64,000 nt of DNA from Vicugna vicugna (lineage: Eukaryota), in contig MU058781.1 in assembly GCA_013265495.1 (NCBI GenBank), positions 9,405,009 through 9,469,008 on the forward strand, read 5' to 3'. The translations under genes and the position numbers were made by a program. The notes beneath the pieces were generated by a model that worked only from the letters and a program-made list of their open reading frames with translations, was not told the DNA's origin and searched no databases. Shown here piece by piece: positions 23,629-35,934 of the stretch (the stretch's first letter is position 1; each line of letters starts with the position of its first letter).

Positions 23629-26600
23629 TTGGTTCCAGGCAGGGAAACCACTTAGGAACTTTCTAATTATCCTCTGCCTTACCTAGGCTATGGTGGGGGG
23701 AATGAAAACAGAGAAAAAGGGAGCAAAATCAGAATTTAATGGAAAGACTAATATGGGTCTCCTTAAAAGTGGCTTTGAAATAGGATTCTTCAGATTATTA
23801 CTTAAAGGGTGTGTGGTTGGGTTTTTAGATCAGGAGACCACAATCAAGTATTTACATTTTGTTTGCCTCTCCAGCTGACCAGTGACCTGGGACGAGTCAT
23901 TCAAATTCCTCTCATTCTCATTCCCTGCTTGTATCATCCCAGTCAGAAAGAGTGTTTACAAGATAGTCTGAGCCCTGGATGCAAGGTGCCTTGTTCTGTT
24001 AATACCAGGCTGTAATAATTCTTGTTATTGGGGTTATTGTTCTCAGTTACAATGATGATGCAATTTTATATTTCCTACCTTGGGGATGTTTTTGTCTTAG
24101 CAGGATTCTGAAAGTAGGCTTTCCTGTGAGATTTTCTTCGAAAGACTGACAAATCTTTCAAATGTTTGTTTTAATATTGGTCCATCAGGAGAAAGTGAAA
24201 AATGTGGAATATTCAAGATGATCACTCCTATTCCCCCTCAACCTAATACCTAGCATAGACTGGAAATCCTTTGGCCTCATCTATTTACAAGAAACTATAA
24301 TGATTTAGATTGGTGCTTTCCTGGGGTACTGATTTTTTTTTCCTGTGGAATTCTCTGAACAGAGCTTTCCTGAAAAGAATACATTAAGACTGTCAGAATG
24401 ATTCTTTTCAGCAGGCTAAGCTCTGCAGATGCCCTTTGTTGAGGGAAAAAATGCATTATTCTGAAAGTCCTTCTGATCTTCAGGAAAACTGAAAATATCA
24501 AATGTTCTTCTACCATTTGAACTTCCCTACAAGAAAACCCCAGAAATTTTTATTTTCTGGAGTAAGATCATTCAGAGCTTATGGTATTTTAAAACATGAG
24601 AACAGAAATGTCTGGGAGAGAAAATTAACTTTCAGCATATGCATTTGCTGAGAGGAGGACGGCTCTGATCTTGAAAAACAGAAATCTTTGTGCCCCTTTC
24701 TCTTTTCCATTTAACACTGTTTTGGACCTGAACATTTTCCTGGATGAAGTGATGTGTCCAGCATAATTATCCTGGGATATAATTACTTAATGTGTGTCAG
24801 TAAGACATGGTTCCGATATTCAGTGGGCTCTGGTTGGCTGTGTCCTGAGCAAGACTGTGCCATTTCAGAACTGCAAAAACCACTCCAATGCATTGGAAAA
24901 TGTAAAAAGGAAGACGTTCTTCAAAAAGAGTTGGTTTCATGGTTTAGACATCCATTTTGTGCTGGTACCGGCAGACAGAGCTTAAGCGGGAGAGGACTCG
25001 CTCTGATTTACAGGACCTTATAAAACGTGCTGCTCTTTGTCCCCACAGACCTGTTGTTAATAGGATGTGCACCTGGGGTCTTTTTTCGGTTGGTAAAATT
25101 GATAAAGCCCAACGATAACCTCTTTGGGAAGCTCCTCAAGGAGAGGAATGAGTCTGTTAACTACAGTTTGGACAAGGTTTGGCATGGGGCCACAAATGTC
25201 TTTGTTGTTGATGACTACGGGAACTGGGAAGGGAGTAAGGAAGGAGCCCAGGTGTTCACTTAGCATCACAGACAGGAGGAGAGCTCGGAGGTGGGAGAGA
25301 AAGATGGATGGGCAGGACAAGGACATATTTTGGCAGATGTTTTTTAAGAAAAAGGAAAAATGGCTCAAATGATCTTCCAGGAGCATCCTGGTCTCCTGCG
25401 GGGAAACTGGTCCCTGGTTTGAAGGTGTTCACCATGATTAGAGGTGAAAGGGCATTTGTGGCAGAATCCTGTCTTGTCTTTGCTGTCTGCTTACCCTGCC
25501 TGATCTTTTAGGCCAGTCCCTCGGCACCTTCTTTTCCTTCCTCTTTTCCTTTCTTCCTTCCTCAACTAGTCCTTCAGTGCTGCTTCTCTTCTAGGCTGGG
25601 AAGATCCCACTCTTCCTTCCTGTTTCTGGAGACCGTTTCCAGGAAGGTGGAGGCATTTCATATCAGCATATGCACATGTGAGGAGGCCGAGGCTTGCTTA
25701 GGGACAAAAGGGGGAAACCTAACAACGTTTTCTCATGTGCGTGTTGTATTTTCTTACCCCTATGGTGGATAAGTGTATCGATGGACCGTCCTGTCCGTAG
25801 GATGAATATAAACTTCAGAAATATTGTGGTTGATTATTATTATTTAAAATGTACTCGTTGAAAGCAGTTTTGTTGAGAAAACCTCTCAGTTTGGGGGAAG
25901 AGACAAAGAGTACAATGCCATATGCAGTTGTTTTATTGCTGAGTCATTCTCTTTCCTTCTCCTAAACTCTTTATTAGTATCAGGTGGAAAGAATTTATCT
26001 CTGCATTATGTCAAGGAGTAGTTTAAATAACTCCCCAAATCGGTTTCATGTCACGTAGGATAATATGTTATTATCAGACAACTTCACCTCTTGTTTTAAA
26101 GAAGCAAACCGTCGCAAGAGGCTCAAAATTTTTGTGAAAATAAATATTTAAGAAACTAAACCATAAATGTAATTAAACCCCAGTGCAGTACATTAAACAA
26201 GTATTGGAGAAGCCACTATTACTCTGACCATCAACATCGTAGTAAGAAGTAAACAGTTTAACTTTATAGGGTTATTTATTAATCTTGCTGGAAATGAATC
26301 CCATGATTTTGAGAATGGAGACTCTGTATTTTTCCCTTTAGATCCTGAATAATAGGTTGAGAATATGGGAAACCCACATTACACAAGTCTCTTGATTCCT
26401 TCTCTGTTTGAGTTGTTCTTGAAGTAGCAAGAACAATGAAGAAAAATTTCTCTCAGGCAGTATAATGCAACTGAACTGAAATTCTAATTTGCACACATGT
26501 GCTGGTGAAAAGTTACAGTAATTTTAGAATTGAAAAACCTGTAAAACATGTATGTTACTAGTGAATAGTTACCCTAAATCTAGTTTTTTGTTGAAAAGAT

Positions 26601-26797
26601 GATTTATAACAAAAGAAAGGAAATACACAGAAGGTATACAGTTTGCTATACTTTTAAAAGAGATATTGCATGCAAAAATTACTGTGATTTTGGATACAAA
26701 TTTTTATTTTAAGATGTTCTTTTTAGTTTGATTCATAGAGCTCTGTTCAATGAGCACTTCTTACTCTGTATATTGAACAATAAACATGTTTTCTTCT

Positions 26798-27779
26798 CTT
26801 AATTTTTAATTCTTTTACTTAAAAAATTTTAAAATTGATATATAGTTGGTTTACAATATTATGTTAGTTTGTGGTGTACAGCATAATGTTTCAGTTATAC
26901 ACATATATATTCCTTTTCATATTCTTTCTCATTATAGGTTATTACAAGATATTGAATATAGTTCCCTGTGCTATACAGTAGGACCTTATTGTTTTATCTA
27001 TTTTATATAGAGTAGTGTGTATATGCAAATCCTGAACTACCAGTCTATCCCTTCACCCCCTACTTATCCCTCTGGTAACCATAAGTTTGTTTTCCATGTT
27101 TGTGAGTTTGTTTCTGTTTTGTAAATAAGTTCATTTTTGTCATTTTTTCTAGATTCCACACATCAGTTTGATATCATATGGAATTTTTCTTTCTCTTTCT
27201 GGCTTACTTCACTCAGTATGACAATCTCCAGGTCCATCCATGTTGCTGCAAATGGCATTATTTTATTATTTTTTATGGCTGAATAGTATTCCATTGTATA
27301 AATATACAACAACTTCTTTATCTAGTCATCTGTCGATGGACATCTAGGCTGTTTCCATGTCTTGGCTACTGTAAATAGTGCTGCTATGAACATTGAGGTG
27401 CATGAATCTTTTTGAATTGAAGTTACCTCTGGATATATGCCTAGGAGTGGGATTGCTGGATCATACGGTAAGTCTGTTTTTAATTTTTTGAGGAATTTCC
27501 ATAACGGCTGCACCAAATTACATTCCCAGTGTAGGAGGGTTCCCTTTTCTCCACACCCTCTCCAGCATTTATCGTTTGTTGACTTTATAATGATGGCAAT
27601 CCTGACTGGTGTGAGGTGATACCTCATTGTAGTTTTCATTTGCATTTCTCTGATAATTAGCGATATTGAGCATTATTTCAGGTGCCTATTGCCCATCTGT
27701 ATGTCTTCACTGGAAAAATGCTTGTGTAGGTCTTTTGTGCATCTTTGGATCAGGTTGTTTGTTTTTTTGTTAGAGTTGT
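26798..27779 (-). mobile_element. 5'-truncated artiodactyl/camelid L1 (~980 bp)
   Basis: Antisense 3' UTR (ggttattacaagatattgaatatagttccctgtgctatacagtagg) plus ORF2 end; 14-bp TSD acatgttttcttct (26784-26797) / acacattttcttct (27780-27793). Confidence 0.95.
27322..27645 (-). pseudogene. L1 ORF2 C-terminal (cysteine-rich domain) remnant; not a cellular gene
   Basis: ORF reads [12 protein letters not shown]...[39 protein letters not shown]...[20 protein letters not shown], the classic L1 ORF2p C-terminus. Confidence 0.93.
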
Positions 27780-28349
27780 ACACATTTTCTTCTGAAGTAA
27801 AGACCTCCAACCTGATTTTTATCTCTGTCCCCAGTGTGGTCTTCTTTAGGGGGAGTTTACTTCGTCCTATACTCTGGATGGTGGTGGGCCTTCATGGCCA
27901 CAGGAAGGAAATGTTATTCCCTGTGGTTTCTTCACTGCTGGAGGTGGGATGACATGCACCAGCTCCAGGCCAAGTTGTTCCAAGAAACAGGCTGTGTGCT
28001 CTTTGCATCGGGAACAGCCCAGTGACCATAGTCAATGGTGTCTCTCCTTGGATCCAGTTTTGCTTTAGGCTTAAAGTGACTCTACTCTCCAGCTTGTCCG
28101 AGATACTCCCATTGCACACCTGCTGTCCCAGGGTAATAACTAGCAGCATGTCTTTCATTCTCTGGGTTTATTACTGACTTTCGTCAGGTATTAGTGTAGA
28201 GAGGCCAGGTTCGAAGTGGGCGTTACTTTAAACCCCATACTGTTGTATTGGGGCAGAGAAACCATTGTTGTCAGTAACTTAGTAACAATAGGTCTACATG
28301 AATAGGTTTCTGATCTGGGAAGTGGATCTCAATTATTTATTTAAGAGAT

Positions 28350-28616
28350 ATTCATTCACTACCTATTTTGTGTCCGATGCAGTTCTAGGTATGGGGGGAA
28401 TGTAGATGTGAAGAAAACATAGTCACACCCTGAAGAAGCTTAAGTTTTGGCAGGGGAGGCTGACAAAGATGAAAGTAAAAAAGATATAATTTAATGTCAG
28501 GTACCAATAAATGCCATAACAAAATAAAGCAGAGGATGAGGATAGGGAGGTTGCTAGAAGGGCTGGTTTAAATGGGGTGTCTGGAGACATTTTCTGGCAA
28601 GGTGACATCTGAACCA
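28350..28616 (-). mobile_element. L2 3' fragment
   Basis: ttcattcact...gttctaggtatggggg...ccctgaagaagctta...ataaatgccata...aaggtgacatctgaac. Confidence 0.75.
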
Positions 28617-29709
28617 TCATCAGAGTCATCTCAGATCCTTACAACTGAAAAGGCCTCCTCAGATTATCTCAGATGCTCCTGGAGTAGCCTGGAACCTTAT
28701 GAGGGGAGGGGTGGTAATAGTACAGTGGTGTGGCAGTTTGTTTGGGTCTTATCTTCAATTGCTGTGAACTTGCTTTCCACATCTTACCTCAGCCCTGACA
28801 ATCCTATATCAAACATCTGTTACCTGGCATTTCCCCCACATTCCATTTCCATTCAGTTTCAGAGCTCTAAGAGGGATGGGGAGAGGTGGGCGTTTTTTCA
28901 ATATGGCGCAGCACCACTACAGAATGTTTCCTAAGGCTGTTTTCTGTTGGTCATGTGGCTCCATGGGGAGGCATGCTGGGAAATTCTTCCTCTGCCCCAG
29001 GTCTTAGTTCAAAGCCTCCTGTCATCTGAGGGGATTGGAACATTTCCTGAACCTTAGAGAGTGAAGGGAAACGGGCTCCTATATCCACAACCTTCAGATT
29101 TAAGTGTTTGCCAAGTGCTTTGCAATCTGCCTTTCCATAATTCCTCTCATTATCTCTGTGATGGGGTTTATCATGCCGGGACTGCACTTCTGAGTAAATG
29201 GGACAGATGGAGGTGGCAGAATGGAGGAGAAGAGCAAGAAATGACATTGAGCTGTGAGCTCTTCGCAGGGATGGTCCATCTGTGGGCCTCATGGGGGGAT
29301 GAGCATGTGACTGGCACATGGGATTGGCTTTCCGTAAACGTTGTGGCATGAATCAGATACGCAGGGTGAAGCTGAGCTGCTGTTTATGAGAAAAGTTTTG
29401 AATACAATTAGGTTGTACATTAATTAAGAGATCCTGCCATTGAAGAAGACTGTTCTGATCCTTTTGCATGGTGAATTTTTCTTGATCTGGATTTTATGAA
29501 GAATTTAAAAGAAATGGCATTTGTACATTTTTAGTAGATGAAGAAAGCATGAGCGGTAGGGTGGGTCAGCACACCATCCCGTAGAGTCTGAATTGCTAAT
29601 AGTGTGTTGGATGCTGTAGCTGATGGCTGGTTGGTCTTTCCCTGTGTCCATTTGTCCATCTGTCCATCCATCCACCCATTCAAGTTTGTCATGTTGGAAG
29701 AGGTTCTAT

Positions 29710-29828
29710 TACTTACCAGTGGTGTGGTTATTCCTCTCACAAGGACTCAGTTTTCTTATCTATAGAATGATGGGTTTTGTCTATATTATTCAAAGGGTCC
29801 TGTTAATTCTAGAATCCTGAGCTTCTGA
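29710..29828 (+). mobile_element. MIR3-like fragment
   Basis: ctcagttttcttatctatagaatgatggg...aagggtcc...tctagaatcctgagcttct. Confidence 0.55.
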
Positions 29829-29834
29829 TAATTT

Positions 29835-30600
29835 GATTATGTGCAAGACATTGAAAAGGATACAAACAAATTAAACATGGGTCTCACCACCTCCAAAAAG
29901 CACACAGTGGTAGGTGTGCTGACCTCTAGAGGGGTAGTGGTCAGGCAGTCAGAGTGCCCAGGAACCAAACACAGCTGTTATTTGGGAGGGAAATTCAGAG
30001 AAGGGAGAGTATTTTTGGCTGCAAGTTAAGGAAGATTTGGGGATTTGTGGGGAGGTGGCGTTTAGTTTGAGGGGAGGGAACAAACACTTAGGAAGTTGTT
30101 GAGCACCCTTTGATTATCATCCTGGTCTCACTTAAAGTTCATGACAGTGAGATGGGCTTTATCATCCCCATTTAGCAGATGAAGCAACTGAGGCAGTGAA
30201 TGAGATTAAATCACACGCCCAAAGCCACCAGGCTGTCTAGAGGCAGAGCTGTGATCCAGGAGGTCTGTTAACCCCGTTTCATCTTACTGTCTTAAAGGAT
30301 GAGTCTGTAGATACATGAGGACGGCCTGGGCATTTCAGGTGAATAAAAGACCGTCACCATTGGCAGGACTGGACGGAAGTGCCCTGGGTGCATGAAGAAC
30401 TGCAAGGTGGCCTGGGACCTGGAGCACCGCGAGCCCCAGTGCTATTAACAGAGACCGAGCCTTGGAAGACATTTTGAGGTTTGATAGGGGAGACTCCCCA
30501 GTGTCTGGCTATGCAATCTGGCCTTTTTTTGCCCCAGATGTGATTGTGTGCAGGGACAGGACATGATTAAAGGAGTACATTTCAGGGTGTCTGTGATGGT
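29835..30600 (-). mobile_element. L2 fragment interrupted by a MIR
   Basis: L2 motifs at 29835-30065 and 30290-30600 (cttaaaggatgagt, gggcatttcaggtg, gaagaactgcaagg, gacatgatta). Confidence 0.55.
30110..30290 (-). mobile_element. MIR
   Basis: ttatcatccccatttagcagatgaagcaactgaggc...gcccaaagccac...ggcagagctg is the antisense MIR core. Confidence 0.8.
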
Positions 30601-31475
30601 AAGACCTTCCCGTGGTTCTAAAATACTTTCTTGCAACTAAGCTCTTCAGTGTGGTCCTGAAGAAACTCCCACTCCACCGTGTCCCCTGCAGTCTAAGCCC
30701 TTGAGAGTTTTCATCCCAGAGTTTCTGGACTAAGGAACACCCGAGCCCTGGCTCCTCCATCCTGCCATTCTGAACATAAGCACTTTAAAAATTCCTGCCC
30801 AGTTCTTGGGATTTTCGAGAAGAAAATTCCTTAATTTTCCTCCTCTGTACCATTCCCTTGGTTTTAACCTATTTCTGCTATTTCAAAACTTCTGCTGCTT
30901 GATAGATGAATAATTAGATGTTCTTTGGCTTTGCTGGTGAAAAAAATAGCATAATATTTAGATTAAAACAGTGTAATAACGACACTAGAAAAATAGATCC
31001 CAGTTACATGATGAATTCCTCCTTTTCCTTGTTATTCGTGGTATCCTCGGGTGGCCTACTGGAGAAAAAATACTATTTGATTCTCCCTGGGTGGTCAGAC
31101 AGGACTTGTAAAGACTCTTGTTTGTTTTGTGTTGAGGCTTCAAAGGCATGCAGGCTTTCCTACATCAAGCTGTACTAAGAAAATAGGGATTTTTTTTTTT
31201 TGAAGTTGTTATGTATAAAGGGAAATTCAGAGCAACCGTCTTCCTTTAGAACTACAAGCTAATGTGATTAGAGGGCTGCTTTTTGCCAGTTATCTTTGTT
31301 GTCTCCATCTTGGGTCTTTACCACCAGTCTGGCAGGGAAATTTGTACTTACAGAAACCATCTCCACCTGTGGTTTTTTTTTTCCCCCCCAAAACATCATA
31401 CAAACATCTTGTAATTTTTAAAAGTATATTTATTGTGCATATTTAGATTTTTTAAGAACTGAAATTCTAAGTGGG

Positions 31476-31499
31476 GTGTGTGTGTGTGTGTGTGTGTGT
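31476..31499. repeat. (GT)12 microsatellite
   Basis: 12 perfect GT units. Confidence 0.95.
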
Positions 31500-32559
31500 A
31501 ATTCAGGACTGTCTGGAGGTGTGTGCTAACAAAACATATTTTAGGCCACGTGATCTGTACTTTCCAATTAGTAAGGCCCTCCTGCTGTGATGTAGGAGAA
31601 AAGTTTGGATTGGGGTTAGGGCTGGCTAAACGTAGGATACTTTTTATTAATGCATTCTTTGCAGAAGTCCCTTATTAGCACCTCGGGGTCAGTGGGAACT
31701 CGGGGAAGCTGGTGTCGTGTGCACAGCTGGTATTTTCTGCTGAGCGTGGTGTGTCTCAGCCATTTACCCAAGCTCCCTTTTCCCCATTTCATACAATTAA
31801 TTGTATGTAATGGGGGAGGTGGGTAGTGCTGAGTTATTTTAAGCCTGGAGGGAGCAGAGCAGCTGTGTCCTAGATCAGACCACTGATCTATCTAATAGGC
31901 TGTCTTGCCTCCTGATTCACTGGACGAATGTGCGTGGCCAATTATGTGCATCCCTATATGGAAAGAAGAATGACCTTGAACCCAGAGAGCCAGACAGTTG
32001 CTTTATGCAGTGTATTCACCCACTGAAGCTGTTTCACTGCCTAATAGGAAAGTAGTATTTTGAATCCCTATGAATGTATTTCTCCTTTCAAAAAATAGCC
32101 ACTGTGTGAAATAGTTGAATCTTTCATGACTTGCTGAAACCTTTGGTTTTGGAACTAAGTGCTGAGAAAATAAGTAGTTTGGGGATGAAACCTCTGATAA
32201 TTTTAAGTGAGATCAGAACCTCTAAGCTTCTTCTTTGTTGTATCCAGACATAACCTGCTGGTATAAACTGTATTTTTCTGTTAAATGAGGAATATAAGAG
32301 AAAGGAAAATATAAATTTTTAAGTAAAAGCATTTGACGTGTTATAAGCTAATTTTGCAGGGTGTTCTGTCAGGCAATAATTTTATAATCAAATGCATTTT
32401 CACCAAATATCAGATTTTTTGAAAAGATAAGTCTGGGCACAGAAAACAAATTTAACCTTTGATGTAATCTTGCATGTCTTTGTAATTCCTGGAGTCAGAG
32501 TTCACGGTGGCTTCGATGTGACGGTACCAGCAACAGGATGGTACTTGGTCAGTCACCGA

Positions 32560-32785
32560 TGGCGTAGTGGGAAGAGCTTCCCTCGTAGGGACAGCCAGCT
32601 CCCAGTTTTGATCCGTGACTCTGCTATTGCTAGTTCTGTGACCTTGGGCAAATTCCTGCACACTCTCAGCCTCAGTCTCTTAGTCTGTTACTGTCATGAC
32701 TGGCCTTACAAAAGGGTTTTAGAGATTAACTGAAATAAGCTACAGAAAAGAACGATCTAGGGTCTAGTATGCATAGTTGTGTTCA
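32560..32785 (+). mobile_element. MIR
   Basis: ggcgtagtgggaagagc...ctctgctattgctagttctgtgaccttgggcaaattcct...tctcagcctcagtctc. Confidence 0.8.
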
Positions 32786-33444
32786 CTCCCTTCCCTTCCT
32801 TCCGATTACATCTCAGGGCTAGTATTTTTTCCAGTGTAGCTTTATACTGGAAGTCACTATGGTGAACGTCTGAAAAGCCTATCATTTTCCAGATAATGAC
32901 ATTAGGGCCCAGAAGAGTAGAGTGACGTGGGTGCAGTGCCTTGTCTTAGGAGAAGCAGGGCTGGTGCTAAAACCGTGCCTTGCTGGATGCTTACCGTTTT
33001 ACTCCGGGTGGGAGGAGGGCTTAGCGCACTGGAGTGAGACCCTGGCGTGGCTCCAGGGCAGTCAAGTCCAAGGTGGGTCTTAAAGGTATAGTTTAAGAAA
33101 TAATCAGCTTTCCAAATTTCCCTTAGGAGCCTTCAAGTTCGACATAACCATGTTCTGAAACTTTATTCTACCATGTACTTCTTCCGTTTACTTTTACAAC
33201 TTTTGACTCCCTTTCCTTTTCTTTCCTAGTACTCTCAGGTGACAGCAGAAGCGTCTACACCCAGCATATTCAGGTAAGAGACTTTCTGGATGGGGAAGAT
33301 TTCCAGATAAATCCCTGACTCCCTTGGTGGCTACTGCTTGTTGCTTACTCTCTTCTGGGCTGCCCCAAAGATCCAAATGGTCCCCACTCCCTTGGGTCTT
33401 CTCCATTTTGCTTTTATTTGTTTTAGTTTCTTGTGTATGCTATT

Positions 33445-33653
33445 ATTTTATCATTTTTTTTCCCATTGAATTATAGGTGATTTGCAATGTTGTGTTAGTT
33501 TCAGATGTACGGCACAGTGATTCAGTCATATATATACATTTTAGATTCTTTTCCATGATAGGTTATTACAAGATATTGAATATAGTTCCCTGTGCCATAC
33601 AGTGGGTCCTTGTTGTTTATGTTACATGTATGCGTGTATGTATGTTAATCTCA
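33445..33653 (-). mobile_element. Artiodactyl-type L1 3' UTR fragment
   Basis: tgttgtgttagtttcagatgtacggcacagtgattcag...ataggttattacaagatattgaatatagttccctgtgc; same family as 26798-27779. Confidence 0.9.
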
Positions 33654-33974
33654 CAATGGTTTTATTTTTATGCATTCAATACATGCATGTTAGAACGATA
33701 TAAAACATAATGGGGATGGGAAATCTTACCTTCAAGACAAGGGTTGTCCATGAGGAAGATGGCAGGGTACATGACAGATGGCTACTCTGTCTGTAATGTT
33801 TACGTGTTTTTTTCCCCCCATTGTGTGTCTCTTAAGAACTTCTTGTTTTTTAAAACATAGCTACAACATTTTTTTACACCTGAAACAATAGGTAGCAATA
33901 ATTCCTTTATATCAAATGTCTAGTCAATGTTCAATATTCTTATTTTAAAGACAGATTCTGCAAAAACAAATCTC

Positions 33975-34265
33975 TTAGGGGATATAATGTAGAACATGAT
34001 GACTATAGTTAACATTGCTGTCTGGTATATTTGGAAGTTTTTAAGGTAGATCTCAAGGAAAAAAATTTTTTTTTCTCTTTTTTTTTCTTGGTACCGCTAT
34101 GAGATGGTGGATGTTAAATGGATGTTAAGTAAACTTACTGTGATAATCATTTCACAATATATGTAAGTCAAATCATTACACTGTTCACGTTAAACTTGTA
34201 CAGGGCTGTATGTTAATTTTATCTTGATAAAACTGGAGGGAAACATGAAAAAGAAAAAATTAAAA
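33975..34265 (+). mobile_element. L1MA10/L1MB1-like 3' end
   Basis: aacatgatgactatagttaaca...taatcatttcacaatatatgtaagtcaaatcatt...atcttgataaaactgg followed by an A-rich tail. Confidence 0.8.
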
Positions 34266-34319
34266 TAAAAGCAGTCTTTGGTATTTTGAATGTTTGTAGG
34301 TGCCGGAAGTTTGGTGAAG

Positions 34320-34471
34320 CCAACAGCACTAGCATCACCTGCGAACTTGTTAGAAATGCAAATTGTTGGGACTTTACCCTAAATGGACTGGATCTGGAAA
34401 CTCGGGGTGAGGGGTGGTTTAACAAGACCTCCAGGTGGTTCTGATATCTGGTGGAGTTAAGAGAACCACTG
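34320..34471 (+). mobile_element. hAT-Charlie MITE MER5A
   Basis: agcatcacctgcgaacttgttagaaatgcaaatt...tttaacaagacctccaggtggttctgat...gagaaccactg. Confidence 0.85.
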
Positions 34472-34592
34472 GTCCAAAGGAAACCAAAATGTTATGCTCT
34501 CTACATACTCTGTTTTGCCTTTGTGTTTAACACATAGCAACATATCCGAGACCCTCAAAATACATAAGATGGTGCCCTTCTACCTGGACTGC

Positions 34593-35540
34593 TGTGATAC
34601 AATAACAAATTTTTGGGTCTTTGTCTCCGGCTCCTGGCCAGAGGAGACAAAGGAAACTACCTAAAACCTTGGTAGTTTCCTAAGATAAGAGCAATAGGAG
34701 CATTTTGTTCTAAAATTTGGTTATTGTCCTGAGCTTCTGAAACAGTGCTGAAGGTGAAAAAGACCACCTTTTGTTATTCAAAACAAGCCCCTTTCAGCCA
34801 GTGCTGAGTTTACTTCAATGAGGTGATTTTGGAAAGCCCCTAACTGTGGAGGCGGGTTGCCAAGGGAACGAACCTTCTGATTAGAGGATAGGTACTTTTA
34901 GCCCCACCCCCTGGCCTCCCGGGCCGGAGATTGGTGCTGGAGGTTGGGCTCAGCACCTATAGCCAATGAGCTAATCAACCGTGCTGCCGTGCTGCCGTAA
35001 GGCGTGCTGACGTAAGGCGGCGTCCTGAAGCCTATAAGAAGAGGGTCGGCGAGCAGCTGGGTTGAGTACACGGAGGTGGTGGGAGGTTGGCGTCCTCTGA
35101 GGCGGTTTGGAAGAACTAGACACCTAGCTGTATGCGTTTCTTCCTTTTGGCTGTTCCTGAGTCGTATCCTGTATGATAAACCAGTAATTCGGTAAGTGAA
35201 CTGTTTTCCTGAGTTCTGTGAGCCGTTCTAGTAAAATTGTGGAACCTGAGGAGGGGGCCGTGGGAACCTCTGCTTCTAGGCGGCGGGTCAGAAGTACAGG
35301 CCACAGCCTGGACTTGCCGTGGGCATCTGCGGAGGGGGGCAGCCTTGTGAGACACCCCTGAACTAGTGAGGTCTGTGTAAACTTTGGGCAGTTAGTGTCA
35401 GAATTGAATTAAGTTGAAGGACACTTACTTCATGTCCATTGAGAAATGGAAAATTGCTTGGTGTGAAAAAAAAAAAAAACCCATACGTTTGATATCAAAA
35501 GTGTTGGGTGAATAGAGAGAAATGGGAATTTTTTGCTCTT
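34593..35540 (+). mobile_element. ERVL solo LTR, MER21B/C-like
   Basis: TGTGATA start, ggtctttgtctccggctcctggc, agccaatgagctaatcaa, gttttcctgagttctgtgagccgttctagtaaa, ggtcagaagtacagg and gttagtgtcagaattgaatt, all in MER21 order. Confidence 0.85.
34960..35197 (+). promoter_or_regulatory. Candidate LTR-derived promoter and first exon (CCAAT, CRE-like motif, TATA-like box, splice donor)
   Basis: CCAAT 34963-34967, TGACGTAA 35008-35015, TATAAG 35033-35038, TCG|GTAAGT donor at 35191/35192, high CpG density; activity is inferred, not shown. Confidence 0.35.
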
Positions 35541-35544
35541 TATT

Positions 35545-35690
35545 TTGTTTTCTTTAAAATTTTTATTTTTTATACGATTTAAAAGGTTGTTTTCCAGTAG
35601 TTAGTACAAAATATTGGCTATATTCCTCCGTATTGTACGATACATCTTGGAGCCTATCTTACACCCAGTAGTTTGTACCTCCCACTCCCC
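35545..35690 (-). mobile_element. L1 3' UTR fragment
   Basis: tacaaaatattggctatattcctccgtattgtacgatacatcttggagcctatcttacacccagtagtttgtacctccc. Confidence 0.8.
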
Positions 35691-35934
35691 AGGTTTTAGC
35701 TTTTTCGTTCCCAGGAATGGAGCTCAGTGTTTCATGGCCTTGCCCCAAGCCTGCTCCCACCTGTAGCTGTGGAGAGTTTCAAACTCAGCCTGCTCCTTTG
35801 TTGGGAGGTGCGTATGGTGATGGTAGCAGGAGTGGAAGTAATGACCAGAGCTTTCTGGAACAGGACAGCCAGCTACCGTCGCATTGAATTTGATGGAGAA
35901 CCTAGCTGCTTTTGTCAGGAGCACAGTTCTAAAG

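Noticed and set aside
24052..24111. Second ATGATGA...CTGA pair
   Set aside because: No terminal stem or recognisable rRNA-complementary guide; both motifs are common by chance.
34980..35017. Short direct repeats as a CRISPR-like or prokaryotic feature
   Set aside because: Only two to three adjacent units with no spacers, in mammalian DNA. I found no CRISPR array, operon or bacterial-like segment anywhere in the window.
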